Source of the DNA: an uncultured Planctomycetia bacterium
GTDB lineage: Bacteria > Planctomycetota > Planctomycetia > Pirellulales > PALSA-1355
Direction of reading: 5' to 3'
Assembly (NCBI GenBank): GCA_963699445.1
Contig: CAVOTX010000009.1
Location: 208,735-272,734 of the forward strand
DNA: 64,000 bases
The position numbers and the translations under genes are program-made. Below are positions 23,878-35,072 of the stretch, one piece after another (within the stretch, counting starts at the first letter, position 1; every line of letters starts with the position of its first letter). The notes beneath the pieces are model-generated. The model made no database searches and was not told where the DNA came from. It saw only the letters and a program-made list of their open reading frames with translations.

Positions 23878-24417
23878 CTAGCGAAACGTCGGACGGGCCG
23901 GCTCGGGGCGGCGGGCCAGGGTTTGTAAAGCTGCTTGCATGGCCATGGTCACCTGATGGCCTGGTCGCTTGCCTTCCAGCCGATTGAGCACCGCCCCTTG
24001 CGGCGAGACGAATTGAATCGTCGGAAAACGTGACACGTGGAATTGCCGGCAGACTTGCGGAGCTGCATCCGCGTCGATCAGCACGCAAACGAAGCGTTCC
24101 GACAGGCTGACCACCTGCTCGTTGGCCAGCGCTTCCTCCGCCATTTGATGGCAGTAGCGGCACCACTCGGCGGTAAAAAACAACAACAAAGGTTTGTTCT
24201 GGCGCCGGGCCTCATTGTAGCCCCGCTCGTAACCTTCTACGAACCGCAGGCGTCCGCGGGCGACGTGCGCAGGGTTGGCCGGCGCGGCCGCCTGCTGGGC
24301 CGCAGGTTCGTCAGGCGCGGCCGCCGGGCGAGTTTCCATTTCACAGCCAGCTAGCAGTACGCTGCAACAACAGGGCAACCAGAGCTTTGAGGTCATGCCG
24401 GGCAACCAGCCTTTCAA
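23878..24417 (-). CDS. Thioredoxin-family lipoprotein
   Basis: Lipobox-like LLAGC, KPLLLFFTAEWCRYC and the cis-Pro motif FPT. Confidence 0.85.
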   Translation of the reverse strand: MKGWLPGMTSKLWLPCCCSVLLAGCEMETRPAAAPDEPAAQQAAAPANPAHVARGRLRFVEGYERGYNEARRQNKPLLLFFTAEWCRYCHQMAEEALANEQVVSLSERFVCVLIDADAAPQVCRQFHVSRFPTIQFVSPQGAVLNRLEGKRPGHQVTMAMQAALQTLARRPEPARPTFR

Positions 24418-24717
24418 GCGCCGTGGGCGGAAAGATACGCAGTCAGGGTAGCTGAGATGAGCCGACCCCCGCCCAATTCAGAGAATATGCGCTTTGTTAT
24501 CGGCCGCGATGCCGACGAACTTGAGCGCTCCGCCGGGCGGAAGCGAGGCGTGTCGATCTCGAAACCGCTTGCCTGCCGGACGCTCGCCGGATGCCGGCCG
24601 CCGCACGCTAGCAAGAGCGCGAAAACAGACCTGGACCCCCCCTAACATTTCGAGTAACTTCCGCCCCCTCATCTCGACGACTCGTCTGTCACATTCGCAC
24701 CGTGCCCGGAGAGACGG

Positions 24718-26872
24718 ATGGCCTCGGTCACCGCACTTAGCAATCGATCGCCGTTTGCGCGGCTCTCGGATTTGCTCTTTCCGATCGGCATTATTGGCAG
24801 CGTGCTGGTGATTATGGTGCCGATGCCGACGCCGGTGATGGACCTGCTGCTGGCATCAACATCAGCCTGGCAGTGATCATGCTGTTGACGACGATCTACG
24901 TCCGCACGCCGCTGGAATTCAGCATCTTTCCGTCGTTGCTGCTGGCCACCACGCTGGGGCGTCTGGTGCTCAACGTGGCCACGACGCGGCTGATCCTGAC
25001 GCACGCCGAGAGCCAAGGCATGATGGCGGCCGGCGGGGTGGTGCAGAGCTTCGGCGAGTTCGTGGCCGGCGACAAGATCGTCGTCGGCTTGATCATCTTC
25101 GTCATCATCGTGGTGATTCAGTTCGTCGTCATCACCAAGGGTGCCACGCGGATCAGCGAAGTCGCGGCCCGCTTTGCCTTGGACGGCATGCCGGGCCGGC
25201 AAATGGCCATCGATGCCGACTTGAACGCCGGCATGATCGACGAACGGGAAGCCCAGCGGCGGCGGACCGAAGTGACCCAGCAGGCGGACTTCTTCGGGGC
25301 CATGGACGGTGCCAGCAAATTCGTCCGCGGCGACGCGATCGCCGGCATCATCATCACGTTGATCAATATCGTCGGCGGATTGGTCATCGGCGTGGTCGAC
25401 GCCGGCATGGAAGTCGGCGAGGCCGCGGCACTGTTCACGCGATCTGACGATCGGCGACGGCCTGGTCAGCCAGGTGCCGGCCTTCCTGATATCGTTGGCT
25501 GCCGGCTTGCTGGTCACGCGGTCGAGCGGCGACAGCGAATTTGCCGGCGCAGTTCATCACGCAGCTTTTTTCGCGTCCGCAAGGCCCTGGCGGTGACGGG
25601 CGGCTTTCGTGGCGATGCTGGTCTTCACGAACTTGCCGACGATGCCGCTGGTCGCCATCGGCGGCGGCTGCATCGGCCTGGCGATGATGCTCACCCGTAC
25701 GCCAGCGCGACGCGGACGTGGCCGCGCAAACCAAGGCGCGGGCCGAGGTCAGAAAAAGCCGCGAGGAACGGGTCGAGGACTACCTGGCCGTCGATCCGAT
25801 GGAAATCGAGATCGGCGTCGGTCTGATTCGCCTGGCCGATCCGAAGCGGGGCGGCGATCTGCTCGAACGCATCCAGCGCGTCCGGCAGAACATGGCCGCC
25901 GACATCGGCTTGATCATGCCCAAGGTCCGCATCCGCGACAACATGCGGCTCGAGCAGAATCAGTATCGCATCAAGATCGCCGACGTGCCGTGGCCGAGGG
26001 CTCGGCCTACCCGGCGATGCTGCTGGCGATGGACTCCGGAGCGACGACGGGCAAGATCCCGGGCATGGCGACCCGGGAGCCGGCGTTCGACACGCCGGCC
26101 ACGTGGATCGAACCGCGACACGCGCGACCAGGCCGAGATGTTCGGCTACACGGTGGTCGAACCGGTCAGCGTGTTGGCCACGCACTTGACCGAAGTGGTC
26201 CGCAAGCACGCCGACGAGATCCTCAACCGCGACGCGACCAAGCACTTGATCGACGAGTTGAAGAAGACGTCTCCGGCCGTGGTCGACGAGTTGATTCCCG
26301 GCCAGATGAAGCTGGCCGAAGTGCAGCAGATCCTGCAGATGCTGCTGCGCGAGCAGGTGCCGATTCGCCAGCTCGGCCCGATTCTGGAAACATTGGGCGA
26401 ATACGCCGGCCGCGGACCAAGGACCCCATCCTGCTGACCGAATACGTCCGCCACCGCCTGGCCCGCTCGCATCTGCAGCCGTTATCGCGACAAGGACGGC
26501 CGGTTGCACGTCGTGACCCTCGACCCGGCCCTCGAAGATCGGATTCGCGCCGGCATCGAACATACCGAACGGGGCCTGTTCGTCCGCATGTCGCCGCAAG
26601 CCGTCGAAGCCACTTGCCGGGTGATCGGCGCCGAAATCGAGAAACTCACGTTGGCCAATCATCCGCCGGTGCTCCTGGTCAGCCCCCAGATTCGCGCCGG
26701 GCTGAAACAGATGACGGCCGCGCAACTGCCGCGGTTGGTGGTGCTGAGCTACAACGAAATCACGCGCGATACGCGGATCGAATCCGTGGCGCTGGTGAGC
26801 GACGCTGCCGGCCCCGCGCGGCAGTCCGTCCTTCGAACTCTTGAGCGTACGAACATCCGATCATGGAATTGA
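24718..26872 (+). CDS. flhA: Export apparatus FlhA (multiple frameshifts)
   Basis: [52 protein letters not shown] and VLSYNEI motifs. Confidence 0.95.
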
Positions 26873-28027
26873 AGAAATATCGAGCTGGAACGATGCACGA
26901 GGCCCTGGCGATGGTGCGCCGCGAGCTGGGGCCCGACGCGGCCGTGCTGCACACGCGCGAGGTCCGCTCAGGCGGCATGCTGCGCTGGCTGACTCGCGCG
27001 ATCCGATCGAGGTCATCGCATCGGCCAGCGTGATCGTGCCCAGCCGGCTGCCTCGCCGCGCGCCGGCCGTCGACCTCAAGCCCAGAGCGGGATCGGTCGC
27101 CGGCATCGATCTGGAATCCACGTCGAGCGACAGCGTTGCCGTCGAACTGCGGCAAAAGCTGGCCGGCGCGCGGCTTTGGCGGGCATGCTCGCCGGGCGGC
27201 CGGGCAAGCCGCGTCCGGAGGTCCCCGAGTCGCTGTTTCGACTGTTCACCGACCTGATCGAAGCGGAAATGTCGGAAGAGCTGGCCCGCGAGCTGGTGGA
27301 CCGCGTCCGGCAGGATTTTGCCCCGGCGAGGCGATTCGATCGTCGGCCGCCAAGGCCCGCTTGTTGTCCCTGATCGAAGCAGACATCCTGGTGGCGGGGC
27401 CGATCCAGCCGCGCGCCGGCCGCCGGCACCTGGTGGCGCTGGTCGGTCCGACGGGCGTAGGCAAAACGACCACCATCGCCAAGCTGGCGGCCAATTACCG
27501 GCTGCGCGAGCGACTGCGGGTGGGCTTGATCACCGTCGACACCTATCGCATCGCGGCCGTCGAGCAGTTGCGGACCTATGCCGACATCATCGATCTGCCG
27601 ATGGAGGTCGTCTCCACGCCGCGCGAAATGCGCCAGGCCGTGGCCCGGCTGGCCGATCTGGATCTGGTGCTGATGGACACCGCCGGACGCTGCCCGCGCG
27701 ACGAGGTCAAGAATTCAGGAACTGCAAGTCGATGCTGGCCGAAGCCCGGCCCGACGAAGTGCACCTGGTGCTCAGTAGCGTCGCCGGCGCGGCCGGCGCT
27801 GGCCAAGAACGCCGAGCGGTTCGCCGTCGGTCGGCACCACCGCGTTGATCCTGACCAAGCTCGACGAGGCCACTGGCCTGGGCAACTTGTTGCCGCTCTT
27901 GCGCACCAGCCGGCTGCCGGTCAGCTATTTGACCAACGGGCAAAACGTGCCCGACGACATCGAAGCCGCCGTGTCCGACCGACTTGCCCGCCGGGTCCTG
28001 GGACTCGACGCGGGGTCCGATCGCTAA
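26863..28027 (+). CDS. flhF: SRP-family GTPase FlhF (multiple frameshifts)
   Basis: EALAMVRRELGPDA, GPTGVGKTTTIAKLAA, DTYRIAA, DTAGR, TKLDE and GQNVPDDI motifs. Confidence 0.93.
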
Positions 28028-28081
28028 AGCCCCGGCGAATCGCCGCAGAGACCGAGATCGTTTCAGGGAATCCAAATCGTC

Positions 28082-28889
28082 ATGAACCGCGACCAGGCCG
28101 ACGAATTACGACTGCTGGTGCGTGCCGGCGCGCAGCAGCGCCCTCGACGGCGCCGCCGTCCAGTTGATCGCCGTCACTGGCGGACAGCGCGGAGTCGGCA
28201 CGACGACGATCGCGCTCAATCTGGCCGTGGCGCTGGCGCTGCAGGGCCAGCGGACCATCCTGGTCGATGCCGACCTGGAGCGGGGTGCCGTGGCCGGACT
28301 GTGCGGAATCGCCGAGCGCGGCTCGATCCTGGACGTGCTGGCGTCACGCCGCACGATTCACGAGGTGCTCACTCGCGGCCCGGCCGGAATTCAGGTTTTG
28401 CCCGGCGTCTGGGCGCCCAACGAGGCCAACGATTGTTCGGCCGCGTCGCAGGGGCGCCTGATTGCCCAGCTCAAAGGGTTGGGCGCCACTGCAGACGTCG
28501 TTGTCGTCGATACGGGCTGCGGACACGGTAGTTTCGTCCGCCGCTTCTGGCAGGCGGCCGATGTGCCCCTGGTGGTGACCACCCCAGAGCCGGTAGCCAT
28601 CATGGACTGCTACGCCGCGATCAAGGTATTGCTGGCCGGAGAAGCGTCGATCGCAGTACAAATCGCCGTCAACCGGGCGGCCGACGCGCAACTTGCCGCC
28701 GAGGTGCAAGCCCGCATTGCTGCCGCCTGCCGGCGGTTCCTGGGCGTTCGCGCCACGGCGGCCGGCCATTTGCCCGACGAGGCCCTGGTGCAGGAGGCCG
28801 TGCGGCTGAGCAGGCCATTCGTGCTCAGTTCGCCCCGGTCAGAGGCCGCCCTGGCGATGGAACAGCTCAGCGAAGGGCTTTGGCGCTGA
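28082..28889 (+). CDS. flhG: FlhG/FleN MinD-like protein with a degenerate P-loop
   Basis: DQADELR N-terminus, LVDAD, GPAGIQVLPG, VVDTG and VTTPEP motifs. Follows flhF. Confidence 0.85.
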
Positions 28890-29236
28890 TTGCCAGCGCC
28901 CGCCGGCCGCAGACAGCCAGTCAGGCACCGTCGCGGCTTGAGAAATCAAATCCCTAAGGGGCAATCCAAAACGTTTAACCAGCGTTCAATCAGCCAGGAG
29001 GACCGCGAAGCCGAATAACCGACAAAATCGATTCAACCCGACAGGTGTCGAATGCCGATCTTTGAGAAGCCTGCGCCAGTCGACTCGGTGGTAAACTGTG
29101 CCGATTAAGTCAAGTTTACCGCCGGCCGACGATTGCTCGCCCAGCGCCGGGGCCGAACTGCTCCGCGCTGGCGACGATTGGGGCGTGAGCCGCAGCGATC
29201 AAGACCGGTTGAAGTTCCCGTCCGTGAGGTTTCGCC

Positions 29237-29494
29237 GTGGGGCACTCGTATGCCGGTCGGCTGGGTCCGCTCGCCTTTCTCACGGCGATCGGACACGGAC
29301 TGTTGCATGCCGATGCCGTCGAGCAAACCCTGTGGTGGGCAACCCTGGCATTGTTTGCCTTCGCCGCGATCGGCTATGTCGCCGGGGAGTTAGCCGGGTG
29401 GATCGTAAACGATTCGGTGCGGGCCAGCCTGGTTGCTGAAGCGGCCCGCCAGCAGGCGGCCGCAGGAAGCGAAAAAGTCGCAAAAAAGCCATGA
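29237..29494 (+). CDS. Small two-TM hypothetical protein upstream of fliA
   Basis: 85 aa ORF with two hydrophobic segments; co-oriented within the flagellar cluster. Confidence 0.65.
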   Translation: MGHSYAGRLGPLAFLTAIGHGLLHADAVEQTLWWATLALFAFAAIGYVAGELAGWIVNDSVRASLVAEAARQQAAAGSEKVAKKP

Positions 29495-29581
29495 CGGCTT
29501 GAGTCGCGACCACGGGCATTTGCCTGAAGTGGCAGTCGAAAGGATTCGCCAGCGGGAAACCGCTCGAGCACATCACGGAGG

Positions 29582-30422
29582 ATGGTAATGGCAACAATGA
29601 CCACGATGACCACGCCGGCCACTTTGGCCGCGCCGGCTGCCAGCGTCACTCAAACAACGGACGCGGTCGCGGAACTCTGGCAGCGATTCAAGAACGATCC
29701 GTCGAACCAGGATATGCGCAATCGGCTGGTCGAGATGTATCTCCCGCTCGTCAAATACAACGGCGAGCGCATCTGGTCGCGGCTGCCCGAAGGCGTGGAA
29801 CTTGACGACTTGATCTCGGCCGGCGTCTTCGGACTGATGGACGCGATCGATGCGTTCGATCTGACGCGCGGCGTAAAGTTCGAGACCTACTGCGTTCCGC
29901 GCATCCGCGGGTGCCATGCTGGACGAACTGCGGACCATGGACTGGGTACCGCGGCTCGTGCGTTCCAAAGCCAGCAAGCTGAACGAGGCCCTGAAGACGC
30001 TGGAAGCAAAACTCGGCCGCTCGCCGACCGAAGGCGAGCTCGCTCAGCGGCTCGAGATTTCCGTGCCCGAGCTGGAGAAAATGATCCTCGAGGCCAACGC
30101 GGTCAACTTGATCAGCCTCAACAAGAAGTGGTACGAAACCGACAGCTACAAAGACGTCCGCGAGATCGACATTCTCGAGGACAAGAAGGGCGAGGACCCG
30201 ACCCGGCGGATTCAGAAGAACGACCTGATGCGGCTGGTCACCAAGGGTCTCAATCGCAACGAGCGGCTGATCATCATCCTCTATTACTACGAGGAGTTGA
30301 CCATGAAGGAGATCGGCGCGACGCTCGATCTCTCCGAAAGCCGCGTGAGCCAGATGCACAGCTCGATCGTGCAGCGGCTGCAGAGCCAACTGCAACGCCG
30401 CCGCCCCGAGTTCGGCGGCTGA
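29582..30422 (+). CDS. fliA: FliA/WhiG (sigma-28) RNA polymerase sigma factor (frameshift near 29910)
   Basis: DDLISAGVFGLMDAI, KFETY...RIRG, MLDELRTMDWVPR and EIGATLDLSESRVSQMH motifs. Confidence 0.95.
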
Positions 30423-30467
30423 CGATCCGGCGGCCTCGCAGGGCGCCGACTGCCATCGAATTTAACG

Positions 30468-30493
30468 AGCCCAGGGGCTGCAACCCCTGGGCT
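30468..30493. repeat. REP-like palindrome between convergent genes
   Basis: AGCCCAGGGG-ctgcaa-CCCCTGGGCT, a perfect 10-bp stem. Confidence 0.6.
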
Positions 30494-30525
30494 TGTGCAT
30501 TGATTTCGCCGTCAGGGTTTCACGG

Positions 30526-31092
30526 TCACGGTGACTGCCGGCGAGTGGCTGGTACCGCTCCACAGCGGCTCCTTGTTGGCCGCCAGGAAGCTTTTTTGGA
30601 TCGCGGTGGTGTCGCCCACGTCGAACAGCGCCTGGAGCCGGTACGTGCCCGGCTTGAGCATCCAGGTCCAGACGCCCCCCCCAATTCGTGAACCGTGAAT
30701 CGACCCTGTTCGCTAAAATCCGCTTTCAGGGTGAACTTCTTCGTTTGGCCCGGTTTCAGCAGCGGGAAGGCATCGGCCGGCAGCGGCTTCGTCTGATTGC
30801 GTCCGCCGCCATATTCGACGGCGTTGCCGTCGGAATCGAACACCTCGAGGGCCCGCGAAATATCCATGATTCCCCAGTCGGCCAGTTGAATTGTCTTCTC
30901 CGTGCGATTCGAGACCGAGCAGACCAGTTCGATGGCTGTTTTCGGCTCGAAGGTGGTTGGTTTCACCGTGAGCTTGAGCTCCAGGCCGCCTTCGGGTTTT
31001 TCATCCGGCGGCGGAGTTGGATCCTTAGCACCAACGCGGACCGTCAGAAAACAGGACAGTAGCGTTGCGGCCGCAAGTCGCGTTAGAGGCAT
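30526..31092 (-). CDS. Secreted hypothetical beta-rich protein (probable frameshift near 30680)
   Basis: Signal-peptide-like N-terminus; Ig-like alternating pattern LELKLTV...IELVCSVSN...LLKPGQTKKF. Confidence 0.6.
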   Translation of the reverse strand: MPLTRLAAATLLSCFLTVRVGAKDPTPPPDEKPEGGLELKLTVKPTTFEPKTAIELVCSVSNRTEKTIQLADWGIMDISRALEVFDSDGNAVEYGGGRNQTKPLPADAFPLLKPGQTKKFTLKADFSEQGRFTVHELGGASGPGCSSRARTGSRRCSTWATPPRSKKASWRPTRSRCGAVPATRRQSP

Positions 31093-31245
31093 GATATGGC
31101 TCTCGGAATGGGCGGTTTAGTGGCGTGACCCAGCCCTCGACGGCGTAACCCAGCCCTTGGACGCGCGGGCCGTCTGGCGTTCCCGCAATATCGACCGGCT
31201 ACTTCAACAAGCGTGGGGATTGACAATTCCCGGGCTTGTTCGCTC

Positions 31246-32475
31246 TCACGGGGCCGCCGATGCGGCTGCGGTATCGTGCTCAAGGAATTTTGCCCCCGCG
31301 ATCCACAGAATTCCACTCAAGGCGATCGCCCCCGAGACCGAGGCAAAAGCAACATTCATGTCGTAGTGATCGCTGATCATGCCGACGAGTTGTGGCGAGA
31401 CCGCGTCGCCGAGGAGGTGGATCAGTAGAATGTTGATGGCAAACGCCGTCGCGCGAATCGCCGGCCGCGTGACGTTGGCCAGGATCGCGTTCGATGGACC
31501 CGTACTAAGAAAAATGCAGAATTCGGTGAGGAAGATCAATCCCCAGGCGGCCGGGAAAGGCGTAACCAGAACCAATAGGAACAGTGGCGTGGCGATCAGC
31601 ATACCGACGCCGGAAACCAGGAAGTACGAACCACTCCAGCGCCGCCGGAGCTTGTCGCCGAGCCATCCGCCCAACAGCGTGGCGAGAATCCCTGCCACCA
31701 CGGTGATCGCGCCGAAGTAGAACGTTACGCGTGCCAGGCTGGGCTGGCCACGTGTTTCGTTCACATAGGTCGGCATCCAGAATGAGACGGCTCCCAACGA
31801 AAATGTCATGGCGGCCATCGCCAATGTGTTGAGCACGAACGACGGGTTGTGCGCGAGCTCCCAATAATGAGCGGCCGAAAAATGAGCAGGGGCCGTGCTC
31901 CCCTGCGCAATTGCCTGTGGCTGGCGTGGGTCGCGCTGCCAAAGGCAGATCAATCCGAGCAACACGCCGGGGGGCATGGAAAGGTAGAACGCGTAGCGCC
32001 AGCTCCAGTGCTCCGCCATATAACCGCCCAGCAAATAACCCAGCGCGCTGCCAACCGGTATCGCCAGGTAAAAGAGCGCCAGCACTCGTCCCCGTTTGGA
32101 CACCGGATACAAGTCGGCCAGGATCGTCGGCGCCGCCGGACCATATGCCGCTTCACCAACACCGAGAAACAGCCGCGTCGTCAGCAGCATGCCGAAACTG
32201 GTTGCCAGGCCGGAAGCCCCCGATGCCAGACTCCAGACGATCACCCCGGCCGAGATGATCCACCAGCGGCTGACTCGGTCGGCCATCCAGCCGAATAGGG
32301 GCGCGGCCACCATGTACGTGAGCAAGAAAGCCGTGGGCAGCCAACCCATTTGACCCCGAGCGTGGTCGGGATCAATGGGAAACAGCTCAGCCCGGACTTT
32401 CGATTCGACGGCGGCGAGCACCGCGCGATCGATATAGTTCAGCAGGTTGATCGCCAGCAGCAGAGCCAAGACCAC
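31246..32475 (-). CDS. MFS transporter, spinster-like
   Basis: NLLNYIDR, motif A GWMADRVSR, RLFLGVGEA, PVGSALGY and HLLGDA; about 12 TMs. Confidence 0.9.
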   Translation of the reverse strand: MVLALLLAINLLNYIDRAVLAAVESKVRAELFPIDPDHARGQMGWLPTAFLLTYMVAAPLFGWMADRVSRWWIISAGVIVWSLASGASGLATSFGMLLTTRLFLGVGEAAYGPAAPTILADLYPVSKRGRVLALFYLAIPVGSALGYLLGGYMAEHWSWRYAFYLSMPPGVLLGLICLWQRDPRQPQAIAQGSTAPAHFSAAHYWELAHNPSFVLNTLAMAAMTFSLGAVSFWMPTYVNETRGQPSLARVTFYFGAITVVAGILATLLGGWLGDKLRRRWSGSYFLVSGVGMLIATPLFLLVLVTPFPAAWGLIFLTEFCIFLSTGPSNAILANVTRPAIRATAFAINILLIHLLGDAVSPQLVGMISDHYDMNVAFASVSGAIALSGILWIAGAKFLEHDTAAASAAP

Positions 32476-32804
32476 GCCCGCGCGGCGTGCTGGCTCGTTC
32501 GGATGCCGGCTCGACAGACGTCATGGTGCGCGATTCTCGCTAGTCGGCGCTGGACCCCACGGACTGCGAGTAATGTAGACGCTTTTTGTGCCAAGGGAAT
32601 GTCCGAAGTGTCAAATCGGCTTTCCAACGTGCCCGGCGAGCGTCCGCCCCGCGGGCACCCTTGGCCGGCAGATCGCTCGCCTCGTTCCCAAGCCGGTGGC
32701 CGTTCATTCGTCCTTTCCTCGCCCTGCTGCGGTCTGTAAACTGAGTCTTCGTCGCAAAGTACGTGACCGGCCTTTCTCCAGACCAACCCGCGAGACTGCT
32801 GACA

Positions 32805-33409
32805 ATGCTTGGCGCCACGCTGGCCCACGATGCCTACCTTGAACGTCTCAAGCAAGAACTCGACCGCGTCGACCATGCCGAGCTGAAACGCTGGGCAGAC
32901 CTGATCTACTCCGCCTGGCAGAATGAGCGGTTCGTTTTCATCTTCGGCAACGGCGGATCCGGCACCACCGCCAGCCACATGAGCGAGGATCTGGGCAAGA
33001 GCCTGCTCATGCCCGCGGACCTGAAGCTCGACGGCAAGCGCGGCTCAAGGTCATGAGCCTGACCGACAATCAGGGCTGGATTCTGGCGGTCGGCAACGAT
33101 GTGGGCTACGACCAGATTTTCGTTCAGCAGTTGATGAACTACGGCAGTCGCGGCGATCTGGTGATCGCCATCAGCGGATCGGGCAACAGTCCCAACGTGC
33201 TGGCGGCGGTCGACTGGGCCAATCGTCATGGCCTGGTGACATTCGGCCTGACCGGCTTCGACGGCGGCAAGCTGCGTAAAGCCGCCGAGACAGGACTGCA
33301 CGTGCCGCTGGACGACATGGGCATGGTCGAGAGCATCCACTTGTGTCTGTTCCATTGGGTGCTCAACGACGTTTACGCCCGGATCAATCACGTCGGCCGG
33401 CACAAGTGA
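32805..33409 (+). CDS. SIS-domain phosphosugar isomerase (GmhA-like; frameshift near 33042)
   Basis: [25 protein letters not shown] and VESIHL motifs. Confidence 0.88.
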
Positions 33410-33502
33410 GCTCCCGGCTGTCCAATAAATCGCCGAGCCTCCGGCTCGTCCGTTCCTAATCTCTACCCTCTACTCTCTAAACCCTTCTCCCCACGTCCCC
33501 GC

Positions 33503-34539
33503 ATGTTTCTCGGCATTGAAATCGGCGGCACAAAGCTGCAACTGGGCGTGGGAGCCGGCGACGGGCGCCGCTGGTGGCGCTCGAGCGGTTCACGGTCGAT
33601 CCGGCCTTGGCCGCGGCCGGGATCCTCGAACAGATCGAAGCGGCCGCCACCAAGCTCGTGGCCCGGCATCAGGTCTCGGCGATCGGCATCGGTTTTGGTG
33701 GACCGGTCGATTCGGCCGCCGGCCGGGTCATCAAGAGCCATCAGATCGACGGTTGGGAAAACTTCGATCTGGTCCGCTGGTGTCGCGAGCGGCTGGGAGT
33801 GCCGACCCGATTGCAAAACGATTGCGACGTGGCGGCCTTGGCCGAAGCCCGGTTCGGTGCCGGTCGCGGCGAGCGCGTCGTGTTCTACATTACGATCGGC
33901 ACCGGCGTGGGCGGCGGGCTGGTGGTCGACGGGCGGATCTTCCACGGCGCCGGACCGAGCGTCGCCGAAATCGGCCATTTGCGTCCCGGCTTGCACGCCG
34001 ATCATGCGGACGACACCGTGGAATCGATGGCCAGCGGTTGGGGTATTTCGGCCGAGGCGCAGTCCCGGATTGCCGATCCCGACACGCAGCCTTTGATCCC
34101 GCTGCAAGCCCGGCGCAGCGCCAGGCTGCCAGACGCCGTGCGCAAGAAACTGATCACGGCCGAAGACGCCGAGGAAGAATACGCGGCCGATCTGCGCTCG
34201 CGCTGCAATGGCGACGTCGAGCGGTTGACCGCCAAAATGGTGGCCCAAGCAGCGGCCGACGGCAACGAGATCGCCCGCGAGGTCCTCAGCCACGCCTGCC
34301 AGGCGCTGGGCTGGGCGATCGCCCAGATGATTACGCTGGTTTCTCCCGGCGTGGTCATTGTCGGCGGCGGCGTGTCGCTGATGGACGAATCGCTGTTTCT
34401 GGTGCCGTTGGGCCGCGAGATCGATCGTTATGTGTTTCCGCCGCTGCGCGACAGCTTCCGCGTCCTGCCGGCCGCGCTCGGCGAGCTGGCCGTCGTTTAC
34501 GGGGCGCTCGCCACGGCGGCCCAGCTGGGCGAGCCCTGA
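33503..34539 (+). CDS. ROK-family sugar kinase (frameshift near 33568)
   Basis: GIEIGGTK, GIGFGGP, QNDCD, GTGVGGG, EIGH and GGGV motifs. Confidence 0.92.
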
Positions 34540-34578
34540 GCCCGGCGACACCCGGCCGCCCGCCATGCCCGCCGAGGA

Positions 34579-34953
34579 TCAGCCGCCCCGTGCGCGGCGC
34601 TCGATCTCGGCCCGCACTTCCGCCAGCGGATAGTCGATGATCGGCAGATCGAGGCCGCGCAGCTCTTTGAGCCGCCGATAGCCACGGGACACGAGCGTCT
34701 CGCGCTCGCGCACGTACGCCGGATCGAGCAGCCGCTTGTCGAAATCTCCCTCGACCGTCAGGGGCGGAAAATCGTCGTCCACGATGAACTGCCCCAGCAC
34801 CGGATTACAGCGGATGTGGCGTTCGCGGGTGGTGTGCAGCGTTTCCGGATCGAGTTGGCCGATCACATAGCGCAGGTACAGATCGCTGTCGGTCAGTTCT
34901 TCGACGTCGCCGCCGCAGACATCGCAGAGGTAGCCTTCCTCGCATTTGGCCAT
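34579..34953 (-). CDS. Cys-containing hypothetical protein
   Basis: MAKCEEGYLCDVCG...ERHIRCNP; 124 aa with natural composition, downstream of dapB. Confidence 0.75.
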   Translation of the reverse strand: MAKCEEGYLCDVCGGDVEELTDSDLYLRYVIGQLDPETLHTTRERHIRCNPVLGQFIVDDDFPPLTVEGDFDKRLLDPAYVRERETLVSRGYRRLKELRGLDLPIIDYPLAEVRAEIERRARGG

Positions 34954-35072
34954 GAGGAGTGCAGGGAGTAGAGGGTAGAGAGTCGGGAGGAACCGGTTCG
35001 GGGGAGCTTTCCGCAAGGTCAAGCCCGCCGGCGGCGGCCGGCGGGATTTTGGCCACCCCGCAGCCCGTTTGC

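Noticed and set aside
4039-30422. Flagellar cluster as a decaying, pseudogenised locus
   Set aside because: The same indel pattern affects essential fatty-acid and lysine genes, and protein motifs remain intact across the breaks.
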